A stretch of DNA of 64,000 nt, from NCBI GenBank assembly GCA_039621445.1, contig CP154954.1, positions 45,425,847 to 45,489,846 of the forward strand. Reading direction: 5' to 3'. This document shows positions 1 to 11,949 of the stretch, piece after piece (position 1 is the first letter of the stretch; each line of letters starts with the position of its first letter). Source of the DNA: Euglena gracilis (taxonomy: Eukaryota). The position numbers and the translations under genes are program-made. The notes beneath the pieces were generated by a model that saw nothing but the letters and a program-made list of their open reading frames with translations, was not told the origin of the DNA and made no database searches.

Positions 1-743
1 TTCCAACTTGCACAAAAAAACAAGCGCCAGAAAAATAGATTTGGGTGTGAAAATCAAAGTTTTCGATATGACTTCCTTCCATAATATTTGACCCCCACCC
101 AATTTCAAGTCCAAGGAAAAGCCTCACTTCGACCACAATCCTAAATCCAGGGAACACCCTCACCAGGCTGAATTTGACCAAGTGCCCTGGAATGCCTGGA
201 CAGGCAGGCACCATCCCCCCCTGCTGGTCATGTGCCAAAAAGTGCCCCAAAATGGGCGTTTCTGGGCTTCCGGCGTCTTTGGCGCCAGAAGTGCCTTGCC
301 CGAGCGCCCAGGCACTTTTGGCAACATGCCCTACCCCCCCCCCCCCCGCCCGGCCTTGGAGTGCCTGCCCAAGCACCCTCCCCCCCCCCCCGGCAGGGGG
401 TCGGCGCCGCCTTTCTTCCCTCTGCACCTTTCAACACCTCCTTGAGCCAAGGCGAATGAAATCCTCAAATGCCATACCAGGCCAGTCATCAAAAGCAGCC
501 ATCATCGGTGTATGATATTTGCGAGTGACTCATTTTTGAGCAGTTTGCTCAACCACACTTCGGGGAAAAGGGTTTTCTGGCTGCAATGTGGTCTGAAAAA
601 GATTTGGCACCGGATGAAAAATTCATTTTACCCAAAAAAATTCACAATCAAAATACTCCCAAAATATTGTTCCCATGATATTTTCACCCAGAATCATTTG
701 CAGTGATTTTTCCCTTGGACTGCAGATGAAAATGGGTCCCAAC

Positions 744-1094
744 CATACAATTGCTTACCGACCCCCGGGGGGGGGGGGGGGCACTCCACTTTTTTAAAAA
801 CCAGTCAGTCACTCATTTTCAAAAAACCAGCCAGTCACTACCCCCCCCCGGGGGGGGGGGTCGGCCACTCAGAAAAACGGCCACTTTCCAGTCACTTTAG
901 GCCATTTTAGGACCAAAAATTTTTTCCGGCGCCTTCGGCGCCGGGGTCACTCAAGCCACTTTTGCCCACTCCTGGCCGACCCCCCCCCAGGGGGGGAGGG
1001 GTCCGGGCCAAAACCAGTCAGTCACTCTGAAAAAACCAGTCACCCCCCCCCCCCGGGGGGGGGGGGGGTTGGTCAGTGCTTAAGCAATTGCCTG
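744..1094. mobile_element. hAT-type MITE, family A (copy 1, intronic)
   Basis: Ends CATACAATTGCTTA...TAAGCAATTGCCTG; perfect 8-bp TSD GTCCCAAC (736-743, 1095-1102); near-identical copy at 32345-32701. Confidence 0.9.
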
Positions 1095-1265
1095 GTCCCA
1101 ACAAAAAAATAGTATACCGCAGAACCAGTGATGGTTCATGACAGCAAAACCACAATAGATGCTTGTCTTATTCCAATGCATCGCAGAAGGTATTTGCCAG
1201 CACCATGAACCTATGCCAACTCAACAAAATCTCAAAAACAAGCAGTTGTCCAGAAAAAAGCACAC

Positions 1266-1339
1266 CTGCGAGCCTTCTTCGGGCTGCGGCTCACCTGGCT
1301 GGGGCTGCTGGACCGCTTCTCCCTGGCCCCCTCGGCCTT
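1266..1339 (-). CDS. Exon of CID/RS gene (KAEGAREKRSSSPSQVSRSPKKAR)
   Basis: RS-like peptide continuing the 2253-2325 exon across the 1346-2249 MITE; donor AG|GTGTGC; frame depends on one base in a G-run. Confidence 0.55.
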
Positions 1340-1345
1340 GGGGGC

Positions 1346-2249
1346 CAGGGACGGTTTTAAGACCGGGGGGAGGTCCCCCATACCAACCCAGAAGGTACCC
1401 CTACCCCCCCCTGGGGGGAGGGGTCCGGGGACCCACTTTTGGGGGGCCAATTCTGGGGTCAAAAAAAATTCGCTTCGCGCCAAAAAAGGCCAAAAAGTGG
1501 CCAAAACCCACCAAGCCCTTTGGAGGAACTCCCCTGGGGGGTGGTAGGGAAGGGGAGGTAGGTTCGTAGGAGGTAGGGTCGCGCCGCCCAACCATTTTGC
1601 TGCTTTGGTTGGACCGCAGCCGGCCGCGGCCCGACCCAAAAAAATCTTGGTTGGGCTGCGGGCCAACCATTTCCGATGCTGAAATCATGAAATTCGGTTT
1701 GGTTGGACCGCGGCCACCCAACCACAACAGACCCAGCGAACTGCATCGCACAATGGCGGTTAAATTGGCTCCTACAGGGTACTCAGCGAACCCAGAAGGC
1801 CGCCCAACTAGGGTTAATACACATGGGGGGACCCTCGCTCGGCGCCTTCCGCACTGCTCAGGTCCCCCCATGTTTTTAACCCTCTTTGGGTTCGCTGAAT
1901 ACCCTGTAGAGGCCAATATACCGAAGTTGAGTGGGAAGGTTTGAACTGTTTGCATGAGAATCTTAACCCTAACCCTATTCCTTCAAATAATGTCATAAAA
2001 TCTTTTTGTTTTGTGATAACCTTTTGCAGTTTGCTTGGGGCCGCGGCCCAACCAAATCAGAATTCTGACAGCAAAGTATGGCCGTGGTTGGGTCGCGGTC
2101 GGCCGCGGCCCAACCAAACCCCTGTTTTGGTTGGTTGACGGCCGGCCGCAGCACCTACCTCCCACGAACCCGTGACATCCCACCCCCCCCCTGGGGGGAG
2201 GGGGGGTCCAATGGACCCCTCCTCCCAAACTTTTAAAAAAAAATCCCTG
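1346..2249. mobile_element. hAT-type MITE (CAGGG...CCCTG) with nested insertions; candidate non-conventional intron
   Basis: Termini CAGGGA / TCCCTG; flanks CTTGGGGGC vs CTTGGGGC; end sequences resemble the MITEs at 12264, 33864 and 47689. Confidence 0.75.
1561..2170. mobile_element. Nested MITE with 17-bp TIR, itself containing a ~36-bp inverted-repeat element (1765-1916)
   Basis: GGTTCGTAGGAGGTAGG ... CCTACCTCCCACGAACC; inner TTGGCTCCTACAGGGTACTCAGCGAACCC / GGGTTCGCTGAATACCCTGTAGAGGCCAA. Confidence 0.65.
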
Positions 2250-2252
2250 CTT

Positions 2253-2325
2253 GGGGCCCTTGCGGCGGCTGTTGCTGCGGCTGGCGCTGCGGCTGCCTCT
2301 GTGGCAGCAATGGGGCCTGGACTGC
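2253..2325 (-). CDS. Exon, RS-rich (QSRPHCCHRGSRSASRSNSRRKGP)
   Basis: Acceptor TTTTGCAG; phase 2 matches the donor at 3200; no GT donor before the MITE. Confidence 0.65.
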
Positions 2326-3199
2326 CTGCAAAATGCTGTTTGCTGATATTTAAAGCTGTGCACCCACACAATTGTGGCTTGAAAAAAGGGGGGGAGGGCA
2401 GAAAAGTGGAGACGGTATTTCCTTATTTCATCATTTCGCACCATTTTGTGGATGGTGCGCGGGGGGGGGGGGGTGCAAGCAGGCCTAATAATTTCTTAAG
2501 GCGCCTTCAAAGCCTTAAAAACCTTGAAAACCTTGCATTTTTTTGGAAAAAAGAAGTCACAAAATCAAGAACAAGCCAACTCCAGGAAAAAAGATGATTT
2601 TTGGCATCCCTTGAACATTGTGCATTCACCCAATAAATGTGTTTTTGGACTTTTCATTTTCAACCTGGACCAACGTTGGTTCGATGCCTGGCTAGCTCTT
2701 TGATGTCCCATGGAAAATAGACGCCTTAAAATTTTTAAAAAAAATCAAAATGCCTTTTTTAAAAAAAAACAACCTGAAAAACCTTTAAAAAAATGAAAAA
2801 TTGCCTCAAAATGGCCCCAAAATCATGATGCCTGTGTGCAAGGAACAAAGACAGATTGAACCCCCCTCCCAAATATAGAACCCTCCTGGGGTCCTTGATT
2901 TAGCGACCAAATATTTGAACTTCACTCTCTGAAATGGGGCTTTTGAAACGGGGAATAAAAAAGCACCAAAAAAATTGAGGTTCGGAATTTCAGAGACAAT
3001 TTTTTTGAATAAGTGCGGCCTGATAAATTTCGTCCACCAATTCCAACCAAAGCAAACAAAAATACTCTCCAAAAATGGTCTAAATTGTTGCACATGGTGA
3101 AGGGAAAATGGTAACCTTCGGATCGGCAACATTCTTGACCAAATTTGGAACACCCCTCCGAGGGTTAGAACTGGTTCTATATTTCAGGGGAGTACACAC

Positions 3200-3349
3200 C
3201 GGCTGCGCGTGGAGTGGCTGCCTTTGCTGCGGCTGCGGCTCTTGCTTCGGCTCTTGCTTCTACTGCGGCTCTTGCTGCGGCTTCGACTTTGAGTACGCTG
3301 TGCTGCAGGTGAACTGGCCTTGTCTCCAAGCCTTCGGAAAACCTGAGAC
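3200..3349 (-). CDS. Exon, RS domain (SQVFRRLGDKASSPAAQRTQSRSRSKSRSRSKSRSKSRSRSKGSHSTRS)
   Basis: Acceptor TTTTGTTTCAG after a (TC)n tract; donor CG|GTGTGT; repeat variants are synonymous in the RS frame (AGC/AGT, CGC/AGA/CGA, AAG/AAA). Confidence 0.8.
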
Positions 3350-3356
3350 CTGAAAC

Positions 3357-3360
<4 letters not shown>

Positions 3361-3423
<63 letters not shown>
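3361..3423. repeat. (GA)n microsatellite; further GA tracts at ~5770, 6118-6163 and 6184-6204
   Basis: Direct inspection. Confidence 0.95.
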
Positions 3424-3427
<4 letters not shown>

Positions 3428-3447
3428 CTGGTTCCTGGTTTTCCAAG

Positions 3448-6117
3448 GTGTGGAAGTGGCTCCACTCCAGCCTCCACCGCGCTCCCCCAGCCCCATGGGC
3501 CACAGCCCTCCCCCTCGATGAGGCCCATGCCCCCTCCCAGGCCGACTTTCTCTCCGTCTTCGGCCACCCCGCACCCCTCCCCGGGGGCATCGACGACTTG
3601 CTGGCCGAGATGACGCCGCCCCCTTCCCCCTCCGCCTCCCAGCCCTCCGACATGGATGTGATGATCATCGACCGGGAGGCCCACGTGCGCCACGGCAAGC
3701 AGCAGGCCCCGAGAGGAGCGTCCCGATCCGTCCACTGGCCAGGGCTCAGAGAGGGGGACGCCCCAGAGGTGAGGTGCGCCCAATTCGTGAGCAGCAAGGG
3801 CAAGGACCCGGGGGTGATGCCGCCAAGGATCCCGCCCCCGGCGAGCCCGGGCGAGCCTCTACCGATCAGTCAAGAGGAGGGGGACGCCCCAAACAGCCGC
3901 AGCACCAGGCCGGCCCACACCGGGGCGGGGTTTACGCCGGGCAGTGAACCGGGGGTGACGCCGCCAAGGATCCCGCCCCCGGGGAGCCCGGGCGGGCCTG
4001 AGGACAGCGAGGGGGACGCCCCGAGCCACGGACTGGCCCACACCGTGACGGGGTTTACGTCGGGCTGTGAACTGGGGGTGACGCCGCCAAGGATCCCGCC
4101 CCCGGGGAGCCCGGGCGGGCCTGAGGACAGCGAGGGGGACGCCCCGAGCCACGGACTGGCCCACACCGTGACGGGGTTTACGTCGGGCTGTGAACTGGGG
4201 GTGACGCCGCCAAGGATCTCAGCCCCAGGGAGCCCGGGCGGGTCCGTGATCGTGCTGCCAGGACCGGCCTCAGAGCCGAGGGGGGACGCCCCAAGCGACA
4301 GGCTGGCCCACACCGGAGCGGGGTTTACGCTGGGCGGTGAACCGGGGGTGACGCCGCCAAGGATCTCGCCCCCGGGGAGCCCGGGCGGGCCTGAGAGTTG
4401 CCAGCCCACGGCCATGGAGACAGAGACGGACGCCCTCGAGGGGGTTGCAGCGCAGCCAAGCACCGCCTCCCAATCCCCCAGCGCCCCAACGGCCCCCACA
4501 GCCTCCCAAGGCCCCCCTCTCTCCAACCCGGACTCCGCCTCCCCAACCCCATGCCTCCCCCCACCCACCCGTGAGGTCCTCCAGGAGCGGGTCGTCATCA
4601 TCGAGAGGCAGGTCCCCGTTCCCGTGCGGGAGCCTGTCTTCGTGGATCGGGTCATCGAGCGGGTCGTCCCGGTCCCGGTGCAAGTCCCCGTGGAGGTCCG
4701 GGTCCCCATGCCCGTCCCCGTCCCCGTGGAGGTCCGGGTCCCCATCCCCATCTACCTCCCTCCCTCCGCACCACAAGCCCCCTCCATCGTGCAGAATGTG
4801 CATCTCAACGCACTCACCATCGGCCCCTCCTCCTCCTCGTCTTCCTTGGCCCTCCTCCAAGGTCTCCCCATTCCCGCCATCGAGGCCCCCAACCGCCTCC
4901 TCCTCACCGCTCCCCCGTCGCCACCCAGCGACACCACCGACGACGACACCTCTTCCCAAGGCCCCACGAAGAAGAGGAAGTTCACGTCGTTGAGTGAGTG
5001 GCCTGCCGAGTGGCGAGCCAAGTACGAGGAGTGGAAGGCGGTGCTGAAGGACCCACGAGAAGCAGGACGAGGACAAGCCATGTACGAATCATGGGACCCG
5101 GACCTGCAGAACCAGGTCTGGGCCTCGTGCGGCCCCCAGCGGCGGAGCATCATCCAAGAATGGCAAGGAGCCGCAGCAGCCCAGAACGTCGAGCGCCCCG
5201 CGGACCTCGAGCGCCAGACGCATGACTGGCATGAAGGTGCCAGGATCGGGGAGGCCGACCATCCCGGTCCAAGGCGCCACCCCCACGGCCCCCACCAGGG
5301 CCACCAACCCTCCGGGAGCCACGTCCCCGGAGTGAGACCGAGCCAAGTCCGGGCGGGTGGCAGGCAGCGTGGTGCCTGTGCCCCGCCAACCCCGTCCGCA
5401 GGGGAGCAAGCGAAGCGGGATTTGCCCCGGCCCCAAGCCCCTTGGCGACCCAACAGGGAAGCGGCCCGTGGGCGCCGCCCTGGGGATGCTTTTTCTTCAG
5501 CAGCCATGAGATCTTCTAGACCCTCTCGCCCTGGGAGTGCGCAGGGCAACCCAACCCGAGGAGAAGAAAGAGACCGAAGAGACGAAGGTGTCGCATGGAC
5601 ACCGGTGCAGAGCCGGCGAGGGGCGGCACTGCACAAGGAGATCAAGAGGATGGCGGACAGCATCTCCGCCCTCAGCGCGGAGCTGAAGAAGCTACAAGAA
5701 AAATGCCAAGCTCAACGCCACTTTCGGGGGGAGTCGGAGCCCCCAACCACGTCAAGACCATCGCGGAGAGGAGAGAGAGAGAGAGAGAGGGAGGCAAGGG
5801 CCGGCCCCCCTCCGATCCCCTCTCATCCCAACCCATGGGATTCCCTTCAAGGCCATCGTCGCGGCGGACGGCGTCGGCAACGGCGGCAGAAGGAGACCAT
5901 GACCAGCACGGACGCGGAGGCGGCGACATCGCAGGTGTGCCACCCCCGGCCTGCCGGAGCTGGTATCTCCGGCCCTCCAGTTCGGGCCGCACCGGCTGGA
6001 GGTGGGCGTGCAACCCGTGCGAGGCCTCCCCCCTCTGCGGCACCCCCCCACCTCCCTCCCCATCCCCTCCCATCCCCACCCCCACCCACACCCAGAATCC
6101 CCCGTCCATATCAATCA

Positions 6118-6165
<48 letters not shown>

Positions 6166-6228
6166 CATCCATACCAATTTCCAAGAGAGAGAGAGAGAGA
6201 GAGAAAGAGAACCATGTTCCTTGAGTAA
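3448..6228 (+). CDS. Long intronless ORF, probable 5' part of a non-LTR retrotransposon, antisense within a host intron
   Basis: 926 open codons (first ATG at 3610); 41-aa tandem repeats, VPV repeats, PTKKRK, a W-rich domain, GARIGEADHPGP motif and a coiled coil; bounded by (GA)n; no RT or endonuclease visible. Confidence 0.55.
3805..4395 (+). repeat. ~123-bp in-frame tandem repeat, about 5 units (GVTPPRIPPPGSPGG...)
   Basis: Unit starts near 3811, 3952, 4075, 4198 and 4345. Confidence 0.9.
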
Positions 6229-6268
6229 TTACAACCAACCTGCTTTTGTGACTCTGGCTTACCCCAAG

Positions 6269-6764
6269 CAGGGGTTTTCTTAAGGATCCGGGGGGGGGGG
6301 GGGGGGGGTTCCGCGGGCCGGCTGGAAAAAGGTGCTGGCTGGACTCCCTTAGTTGCACTCAGGCTTCTTTTCTGTACATGGCCGGCGCTAACTTCGCTTC
6401 TGGCCCAGTTGTCAGGTGAGTGGTGAGTGGGGGGTGGGTCCGGCCGGCTGGGAGCTGGACCCGGTGGGTACCCAAAAAAACACCCGAAAAAGCCGAAATA
6501 CAGCTGGGTTGGCATTTTTCAGCCAAATTTAGGTGAAACCCCAAAAAGCACCCAAAAATGCCATTTTTGGCCATTTTTTGACCCCTTTCTTCAAAAATTT
6601 TCTCTGCCAGGCTGGCTTTGCTGGGCTGGCCCAAACTTTGTTTCAGTGGACCCCTGGGGGGGGTCCACCACAGCCTGGCTGGGAGGTGCTGGCTTGAAAA
6701 AAAAGTGATGGCTGACTGGACCCCCCCAGGAAGCAAGGCCCCGTACAGCTTAAGAAAACCCCTA
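6269..6764. mobile_element. hAT-type MITE
   Basis: CAGGGGTTTTCTTAAG ... CTTAAGAAAACCCCTA; TSD degenerate. Confidence 0.65.
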
Positions 6765-7940
6765 CCCCAGAGGCAGGTTCAACCTTAGAGCTTTTCCAAC
6801 AAGGTTTTTTTGAGAATTTTCAAAGTTCCCAAAAAAATTACAAACGCCACACAAAACCACAAGGAAGCATGACGCAACCGTTTTCCCAATTATGCTCCCA
6901 GAATGTATGGGGGTTGGGCCTGAGACCAGGGCATTGCTTAATGAGGGGAGGGGGAGGGGGGGTCCAGGTCAGAAGCTGGAAAATTTGAGCTGGCTGGAAT
7001 AAGGCTGCTGGCTAATCCCCCCATGGGGGTCCCCCGGGCTTGAACTGGGCCAGACTGGGAGTCGAACAGGGGATCAAAACATTGAAACTCCAAAAAAGCC
7101 CAAAAAAAACTGCCAGGGGTGTAAAAAAAAAACACGGGGTTTTTGACCCCAAATTTGCCCTGGCCAGCCCAAATCCGACCCATTTTTGCAATTTCTGGCC
7201 ATTTTTGCATGTGTGAAAGCCAAAGATCCGTTTCTGTCAAGCCCAGGGGGGCACCTTGTGCAATGTGGTGCCTGCCCAAAGCCCCCTTAGGCTGCACTGA
7301 GGCTTCTTGCCTGTTTATTGCCGCCACTAACTTCGCTTCTGGCACCCCCCCCCCGGGGGAGGGGGTCATTTTTAGGCCCCAGTGAGGGCTTGATTTTTGG
7401 CGGTTGTAAACATCTTTTTTTTTCAGAGTTTGCAAGTCGCCTTTTGTGAATCAAAAAAAAAACACCATCAGCCCATTCTTTTCAGCGGCACTTCAAAAAT
7501 GCGCTGCCAGACAAAATGGAGCTTGACAAAATGCATTTCAGCCAACTTTAATAGGTGGAAAATGTATCGACCCTGAAGGATTATTGTAGAAATAATTCAA
7601 AACAGGAAAATGCTGATGAGGATGATGAATATTTTGTGAAAATGGTGCCAAAAAGTTCTCTGACACTCCATACCAAAGACACAAATTGGTTTGAGATGTA
7701 CCAAAATTCAACTTCAAAATTCTTTGATTAAATTTTCAAGGAAAAAGTGGGATGATTGAAAAACAAAACAATTTCCTCACCTAACAGAATACCAATCAAG
7801 CGAAACAGAAAAATGTTTTTCCTGTCCTTCTGAAACCCATTGTGGTTGGGTATTCTTTTGCTGTTTTAGGAATTTATAAAGACAGACCTATGCAGGATTA
7901 TGCAGGATCCCCCTGCAGGGAATCTTTAAACTCAGCACAC

Positions 7941-8086
7941 CCTTTCCGCAGCAGCCTCCGACCATAGCCTGCAGGCCCAACGTTAATATCGTGCCAGTTG
8001 ACGTTTGCATTCTCCGGCTCCGGAGTTGGGGCGCGCGTGCTGTCGCTGTGTCGGCTGCTGGAGCTGCTGCTGGAGCTACTGGAGCT
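7941..8086 (-). CDS. Exon (poly-Ser, RHSDSTRAPTPEPENANVNWHDINVGPAGYGRRLLRK)
   Basis: Donor GG|GTGTGC, phase 2 matches the 3349 acceptor; 5' boundary set by a non-conventional intron. Confidence 0.7.
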
Positions 8087-8235
8087 GGGCCCAGCCCCTC
8101 CCATTCATTACCATGCCATGCCAAAGCCAGCCAACCGAGGCACTCAGCTTCTCAGTTGCAGCGTAAAGACTGCCGCAAGCCTTTCAGCCTGACGCGGCAG
8201 ATTTCTGTTGCAAACGGCCAAAGGAGGGACTGCAC
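8087..8235 (-). other. Non-conventional intron (149 nt)
   Basis: T|GTG-CAGTCCCTCC ... GGAGGGGCTG-GGCCC|A; 10-bp stem with one G:U pair; in-frame join GRSAS|SSSSS. Confidence 0.75.
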
Positions 8236-8466
8236 AGAGGCACTGCGCCCGCGTTGGGCAGGCTGAGGCTCCGCGGGAGGCATGCTGCTGGGAACCTCCA
8301 CGCTGGGGGCGGCCACCGCTGGTATCTGTGACGGGGTGGTAGAGCTGAGGATGGATGGGTTGGCATACATCACACAAGGGAGTGGCGGCCGGCTTGTTTC
8401 GTCCCCAAACAGCTTGACTTCAGATCCTGGCCCACAGGGGTGGTCAGCTGCCATTTTCTTTTGTAA
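8236..8466 (-). CDS. Exon (LQKKMAADHPC...PAQRGRSAS)
   Basis: Acceptor ACCGACAG after a T-rich tract; 77 open codons. Confidence 0.6.
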
Positions 8467-8733
8467 CTGTCGGTTTAAAAACAACAACAACAACTAGCTG
8501 TGAAAGGGCACCACAAGGGCATCAACTTCTCGTCCTACTTCAAACGACCTAAAAATGCTTTCTATTGGGGAATAGATGTGGTCCCCATTTGGGAAAGGAA
8601 TGTGCGTGGGATGTTTGGGACGTCATCACAGGAGTGGGGCTCCAACAGCTCAGCGGGAAGGGGGCCCCCGCACACCAGCGGGGAGGAGTACTGGCAGGCG
8701 AAGCGGGGGAGGCAGCGCCACTGCCCATCGGCA

Positions 8734-9270
8734 CCTTGCTGCAGGAAGGGGCCGCAGCGGAAGCGGAAGTGCAAGCCACACTGGGACCACCGCAGGGCGG
8801 CGCCGGACGCCAAGGAATGGAGGGAAGCCGGCACATCGCCGGGAACCGTCGCACAGACCCTTCCGCGCGATGGCTGCAAACGCATTGCCTCGGGCCAAAA
8901 CAAAAACAAGGAGGCAAAAAACCAGAAACACGCAGCAATGCTGTACGTTAATACTAATGCTGATGCCAATGCTGTGACCCGATCAATTAAATTGAATCAA
9001 ATTAGATAGATCAAATTAAAACAAAAATGTGGACAGCAAAATTTTATTTGAGAGGATCAAATCACTGCGGCTGGATCAACCCCTCGCGGGCCGTCACACA
9101 GCCAGCGGGCCCGCCCTGCGCTGCTCGGTGGGTCGGGGCCTCCGCGGCAGGCACGCCCTGGGCGGTCCTCGCCGAGGACTCCTCCTGCTGGAGCTGCTCG
9201 AGCTGCTGAAGCCGCTGGAGGTCCTCCGCCCCCTTCGCCAGCTCCTCCAGTGACTTCTCCTCCGCGCCGA
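8734..9270 (-). CDS. Two candidate exons (~9065-9265 AEEKSLEELAKGAEDLQRLQQLEQLQQEE...; ~8734-8873), boundaries and frame uncertain
   Basis: GC-rich coding-like composition; plausible splice sites. Confidence 0.4.
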
Positions 9271-9680
9271 CATGGAACGGGGGCAAACGCCACCGCGCAG
9301 GGGTGAGCGGAACGTTCGGGGGCCAACGTTGGGTTTGGCTGGACGGTTGGCTGGGGCGATCAAACGGTTGACCACCAGCATTTTGTCACGGGTTCCATGC
9401 AATTTTTACCGCCCTAGGGTCAATTCCACACTTCCAAAAACCAGTCAGTCACCACCCACCACCTGGTGGGGGGGGTTGGCCACTCTGAATCCCAAGGGGG
9501 AATTGACCACAAACGTAAAAAAACAAATGGCAAAAAAGGGTTTTTTATCGCCTTCGGCACTGGGTATTTACTTTCATTTTTTTTTGCAGACCACCCCCAA
9601 GGGGGAGGAGGTCTGAGCCAACAACCACTCAATCACTCTGAAAAAAACAGTCACAAACCCTGGGGGTCTGCCAGTGACTA

Positions 9681-10239
9681 CCCCCCCTGAATAGAAGCCC
9701 TCTCCCCCCCGAATAGTCCCCCCCCCTCAGTTTTCGACCAACGTTCCGAACAGTGCCCCCCCCCCCGAATAGTAGGCCGCTCCCCGTGGGTTGTCTGTCA
9801 ATTGAGACGGCAAATGCTTTGGCTTTGGCTTCTTCAGCAATTGGTAAAATGAGCATATATTGCAAAAACTGGAGCCTACACTGGTCAAATGTGGGGGGGG
9901 TGTGGGGGGGTGTGGGGGGGGGGTGTGGGTGGGTGGGGTGTGGGGGTAAACGTTTAGTGCAGGGCTCCAGTTTTTGCAATACCTCTAAATGAGGGTTGGA
10001 TGGTTTTACGTTTAATGATCATGCATCCACAAGAGTAACATTTGCAGCAGATTTGACATGGTTTGGAAGGTAAGACATGTAGACCCACGAAGAAATTTCT
10101 TCGATAATTCTCGAACCCACTGGTTTTCGACCACTTTTCCGAATAGTGCCCCCCCCCCCCCCGAATAGAAGCCCCCCCCCTCGGTTTTCAACCAACGTTC
10201 CGAATAGTTGCCCCCAGGGGCTTCTATTCAGGGGGGGGG
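9681..10239. mobile_element. MITE with CCCCCCCTGAATAGAAGCCC TIR and subterminal repeats
   Basis: Inverted GGGCTTCTATTCAGGGGGGG at ~10218-10239; partial copy at ~33660-33740. Confidence 0.65.
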
Positions 10240-10403
10240 TTAAGTGACTGAGCGATTGTAGTGGGCTTGGGTCTCAGATGTCAGGATGTTGAACTTGGCG
10301 CGCATTGTCTTGCCAAATGTTAGCCCACCTAGTGTGGAATATTTTCTGTGGAGATATAAACATATAAATTGTTCGACATTGGGTGGATTGACGGCGATGG
10401 CAC

Positions 10404-10444
10404 TTGAACGAAACAGCAAACTGCTGCAGCTGCAGGATCTGATC
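10404..10444 (-). CDS. Candidate small exon (DQILQLQQFAVSF)
   Basis: Acceptor ACTCAG, phase 0 matches the 11950 donor; donor uncertain. Confidence 0.45.
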
Positions 10445-10704
10445 CTGAGTCACAAAGGGCATACGATGGAACCAAAATGGCACGCCGATTTGACTGGTAA
10501 AGCCGCATCAGCCAGCCCTGAGCCAACAGGTTTAACTTCCCTTCCAGGCTGGAATGTGTGAAAAGGGACAAAAAAGACACGCAATAGGACGCTCTCAATC
10601 AGGTAATTATGGCAAACAACTACTGATGGTTGGTCACCATTGTCACAAACATGAGCACATTTTCGAGCAATTTACTCACCAAAAAAAACTCACAACGATC
10701 CAAT

Positions 10705-11110
10705 CAGGCTTTTGCTTAAGGGATTGCAGTACCCCGGGGGGGGGGGGGCTGGACTGCAGCTAGTCCAAATTTGGCTAGTGGGATTTCAAGCAGGCCCCCC
10801 CCCGGGGGGGTCTGCTAGCAGGGCTAGCTAGTGTAAATTTTTTTCCAGTGACCGGCGCGAAGCGCCAGAAACTTTTTTTGGGAATTTTTGGAACAAAATC
10901 AGCCAAAAACCTATTAAAACCCTCATTTCCACCTCGGCGCGCAGCGCTGGAGGAAAAAAAGGGGAAAACTGGAGGAAAAAAATTCCAGTTGGGGGGACCC
11001 CCGGACCCCCCCCCCCCCCGGGGGGAGGGGGGTGGGTCTAGCTAGTCCATTTTTTCCAGTGTCTAGCCGATTGGCTAGCCAGTACCCGGGGGTCCTTAAG
11101 CAAAAGCCTG
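10705..11110. mobile_element. hAT-type MITE, family C (copy 1)
   Basis: TIR CAGGCTTTTGCTTAAGG / CCTTAAGCAAAAGCCTG; perfect TSD GATCCAAT; inverted copy at 34779-35209. Confidence 0.92.
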
Positions 11111-11949
11111 GATCCAATGCTTCTGCAATGTGACTTGCATGATTTTCATCAGGCTGGTCTGAAAAATGAAATCCCACAAATGAAAACAAGAATTTTTTGC
11201 AACACCCCTTGTGCGAAAGGCAAAATTTATTCACCGTTGTCAAGTATTCGACTGATAGATCAGGGGCAAACAAACAAATCAACGGAAAAACTTGCACAGG
11301 CGTTCATCTTCAAAGCATTTTAAAGCCTGAACAAAGATCGTGGAACGTAAAAATTACAGGAAAATAATACTTCAGAAAAAGCAAATTTGGGAAGATTTCA
11401 ATTTCGAAATTCAGATTTTGGGTGCAGAGTTGTAACGGCGCACACCATGCAGATCAGTCTGAATACCCTGCAACCCCGGGGCGGGGGTTGGGCAAAGTGG
11501 GCATCGTACACCGAAGAACTTTTGGACCCCAAAATTGACCCCAAAAGCGGTCCCCCAAGCCCCCCCCCCCCCCGAGACCCCCCCCCCAGGGGTGGGTAGG
11601 TGGATCCCGACCACCAAAAACAAAAAAACCTCTGCCCCGACGCCATCCACAAACTTCACCTATTTTTCTCTTCATTTGGAGTGTTTTTTTGAAGGCTTTG
11701 GCACCATTTGAGCTTGTTTTGGAAGGCTTTGTAAGCCAATTAAAGAGTTTTGTTTGTTTTGTTGTTGAACAACAACATCCACATGCACATATGAGTTGTA
11801 CACATATGAGCAGGTGGTTTTATCACCAGAAACCCCCACCCGTCAGACCAACTGGCTGGGCGACTCACCAACCCCTCCCAACGCAAGTGATCATTTCCAT
11901 TACATTGATTCCCTGAACAGTGCAAAGGGAATTTGGAGAGCTCTGGCAC

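Noticed and set aside
3177-3803. Ala-rich reading (EAAARAAVEARAE) of the 3200-3349 exon
   Set aside because: Repeat variants are synonymous only in the RS frame.
7941-7990. G-patch motif (GYGRRLLRK)
   Set aside because: The following MGW...GLG residues are absent.
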